Positions 61,701-64,000 of a stretch of 64,000 nt of DNA are shown here, piece by piece. The stretch's first letter is position 1. Every line of letters starts with the position of its first letter. The translations under genes and the position numbers were made by a program. The stretch comes from Macrostomum lignano. Its lineage: Eukaryota. The stretch is taken from NCBI GenBank assembly GCA_002269645.1, contig NIVC01000903.1, forward strand, positions 334,459-398,458, written 5' to 3'. Below the pieces are notes generated by a model. The model saw only the letters and a list, made by a program, of their open reading frames with translations. It had not been told where the DNA came from and did not search any database.

Positions 61701-64000
61701 CTGGAGCTGCGCGGGATGGCAAGTCTTGCTGCGTTCAGGATGGCTTCGGCAAGGCGTGTGGCCTCTGTGTTTAAGGTGGTGTCGTTGCTTTCGGATTCTG
61801 CCCAGGTATTTAGCGACTCCCTGAAGGCTCCCCAGTCTGCCTTCTTATAGATCCAGCATTTTTGCCCGCAGTGACGGGTCTTTCCGGTGTTAGAGGCTGG
61901 GAGGCCGAAAACGATCGGCAGGTGATCGCTTCCCCAGTCTGGTAGCGTCTTCCAGGAGTCCGTGATGGATCCGGCAATGGTGCTACTACAGATGGTCACG
62001 TCTGGGCTACTGAGGCGGCCAGTACTGGGGCAGGTGCGTGTGTGGCAGGTGGTATTGCAGATGACGAGCCCATTGCGGGCGACCCACTCGTCGACAGTCT
62101 GGCCTCTGAGATCTTCATCAATGTGGCGTTCCCAGCTTCCGTGTGCATTGTAGTCGCCTCCGAGGATGACTCTACCAGTAGTTGGGAGATTGGTGAAGCT
62201 GGGTTGCCAGGTGTTATCGGGACGTTGGCAGCTGGATGGTGGTGCATAGATAGATGCTATCACGATCGGCTGCTGTCCTTTGAGGCGGATGCGGCAGGTG
62301 GCAACGTCCAGGAGGTCGTGTTCTCTATCGACTTTGAGTCTGTCGTACTGGACGTCATCGCGGACGAGCACCATAGTACCTCCCCGTCCTGTAATTTTTT
62401 TGTTGGTTTTTGGGATAGTGGACTGGGCTGGCGGTGGCGTGCTGGTGGTTTCTCGTCCGGATGCACTGGTTTGAACAGATTGGTTGTCTGCGCCATGCCA
62501 TGGTGTGAAACGGACGCTGCAGGCGGTACGGCCGCTGCGACATCCGGCGCACCAGTTTTCGCGGAGTCCTGGGAATCTCAGCCGGCAGCGCGGGTTGGTA
62601 CGGCGTCGTGTCCCGGCGGTGCCTGTACCGTCAGTGTCGGGTGGCCGATTTGGGTGAGCAGGTGTCACGACAGCGCGGTCATCGGGGCCGGCGTTATGCA
62701 CTCCGACTTCCCTGGAGGCCACCACGTATCCCCGCGGCGGGTTATAATCTTCTTCTTTCTTAAGCTTGGTTTCCTGAAGGAGTATAGCGGCGGGGCGCAG
62801 GGAGGCCAGCCTGTGGGCCAGCTTCGTATTACGGCTTTTGATGCCATTGCAGTTAAACTGCACGAGGAGCTCTTGGACCGGCTCGGCTTTGCGCGACGCT
62901 GCTCTCCTGTGTCTCCTGTTGCCGCCGCGGAGTCGCATGACGGATAGAAGGTTTTCGGAGTTCGACGCGTTCTCTTGGTCTTCTTCGCAGGCTCGGTGGT
63001 GGTACGGTCCGTTAGTTAAGAACAGGGGCACCTCTTGAAGGTCGGCCGTAGGCCCCCCAGTCAATTGCTGCTGTGGCTGCTGCTGCTCAGGTGGCAACGA
63101 TGGTAGAGTTGGCGGGTTGCCAGAAACTGGGTCACTTGTCCTGCTGTCCGAGCCAACACTGGCAGGAGTTGCATTGTCCTTGGACATTTTCTTATGGCCT
63201 GCATCGAGGTTAGGATGAAGGTAAGATAAAATGTAATGAACATGATAGTCAGTGACTGCTAGCTATGAAAATATTTTCCTAAATAATAAATTTACATTAC
63301 AGGGTATGCTTATGAAGCAATAGGATAATATATAGGTAAAGTAACCTTCCATCAGCCATTTCTGCAATTTAACAGCCAACTGTGATTTGAAGTATCAGAT
63401 CTGCAATTTAATGTCCCCTCCCTGCTGTGATTTGAGTCCTACTTAATCAGTCAACCTGCAAATATACTTTGAATTACAAAAAATGTATTTACCTGGAGAA
63501 GCAGTCAATTGCTGCTGTGGCTGCTGCTGCTCAGGTGGCAACGATGGTAGAGTTGGTGGGTTGCCAGAAACTGGGTCACTTGTCCTGCTGTCCGAGCCAA
63601 CACTGGCAGGAGTTGCATTGTCCTTGGACATTTTCTTATGGCCTGCATCGAGGTTAGGATGAAGGTAAGATAAAATGTAATGAACATGATAGTCAGTGAC
63701 TGCTAGCTATGAAAATATTTTCCTAAATAATAAATTTACATTACAGGGTATGCTTATGAAGCAATAGGATAATATATAGGTAAAGTAACCTTCCATCAGC
63801 CATTTCTGCAATTTAACAGCCAACTGTGATTTGAAGTATCAGATCTGCAATTTAATGTCCCCTCCCTGCTGTGATTTGAGTCCTACTTAATCAGTCAACC
63901 TGCAAATATACTTTGAATTACAAAAAAATGTATTTACCTGGAGAAGCAGTCAATTGCTGCTGCTGCTGCTGCTGCTCAGGTGGCAACGATGGTAGAGTTG
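58715..64000 (-). CDS. Tandem 150-nt phase-1/1 upstream exons of the recombinase-like gene: >64000-63938, 63642-63493, and 63198-63058 + 58723-58715 (split by the LINE)
   Basis: ~444-bp unit = exon (GHKKMSKDNATP...QQQLTASP) + ~293-nt intron, with CAG|GTAAAT donors and GATGCAG| acceptors. Confidence 0.75.
58736..63057 (-). mobile_element. Intact single-ORF non-LTR retrotransposon (APE-RT-RNase H-CCHC; I-group, Ingi-like), (GA)n tail, 12-bp TSD
   Basis: Uninterrupted ORF: LVQFNCNGI, LLQETK, GGDYNAH, SDHLP; QAGFR, GLPQGSVLAP, YADD; WTDGS, QAEL, TDS, WIPAHCG; CPDC...H...C. TSD CAGTCAATTGCT at 58724-58735 and 63058-63069. Confidence 0.95.

Noticed and set aside
58775-63038. Numerous short plus-strand ORFs
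   Set aside because: Antisense to the LINE ORF.

Overview
Eukaryotic (animal) genomic DNA, not prokaryotic: it has spliceosomal GT-AG introns, poly-Ala/Gly/Gln low-complexity exons and many minisatellites. The style suggests a free-living flatworm such as Macrostomum, but that is an inference. I reconstructed these genes by splicing manually: a small single-pass PPxY membrane protein (+, ~6.7-8.1 kb), a six-exon LIM-homeobox gene of the Lhx1/5 class (-, 32443-20135), a four-exon secreted amidase-signature enzyme (+, 38950-42113), a two-exon heparan-sulfate 6-O-sulfotransferase (-, 46430-44681), an orphan first exon of a Ras-family GTPase (+, 50644-50742), and a zinc-finger/tyrosine-recombinase-like gene (-, terminal exon 58421-56233). 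The upstream part of that last gene is a tandem array of 150-nt phase-1/1 exons. Mobile elements: a decayed RTE-type LINE (34.76-37.54 kb), an intact APE-RT-RNaseH LINE with a 12-bp TSD inserted in-frame into an exon of the recombinase gene (58736-63057), a MULE-like long-TIR element with a 9-bp TSD, a MITE with a 4-bp TSD, a foldback with telomere-like arms, and tRNA-derived SINE-like pieces. About 20 unrelated minisatellites are present, many starting just downstream of splice donors. Most long ORFs in the supplied track are artefacts of these repeats. From ~46.6 kb the sequence becomes sharply AT-rich.
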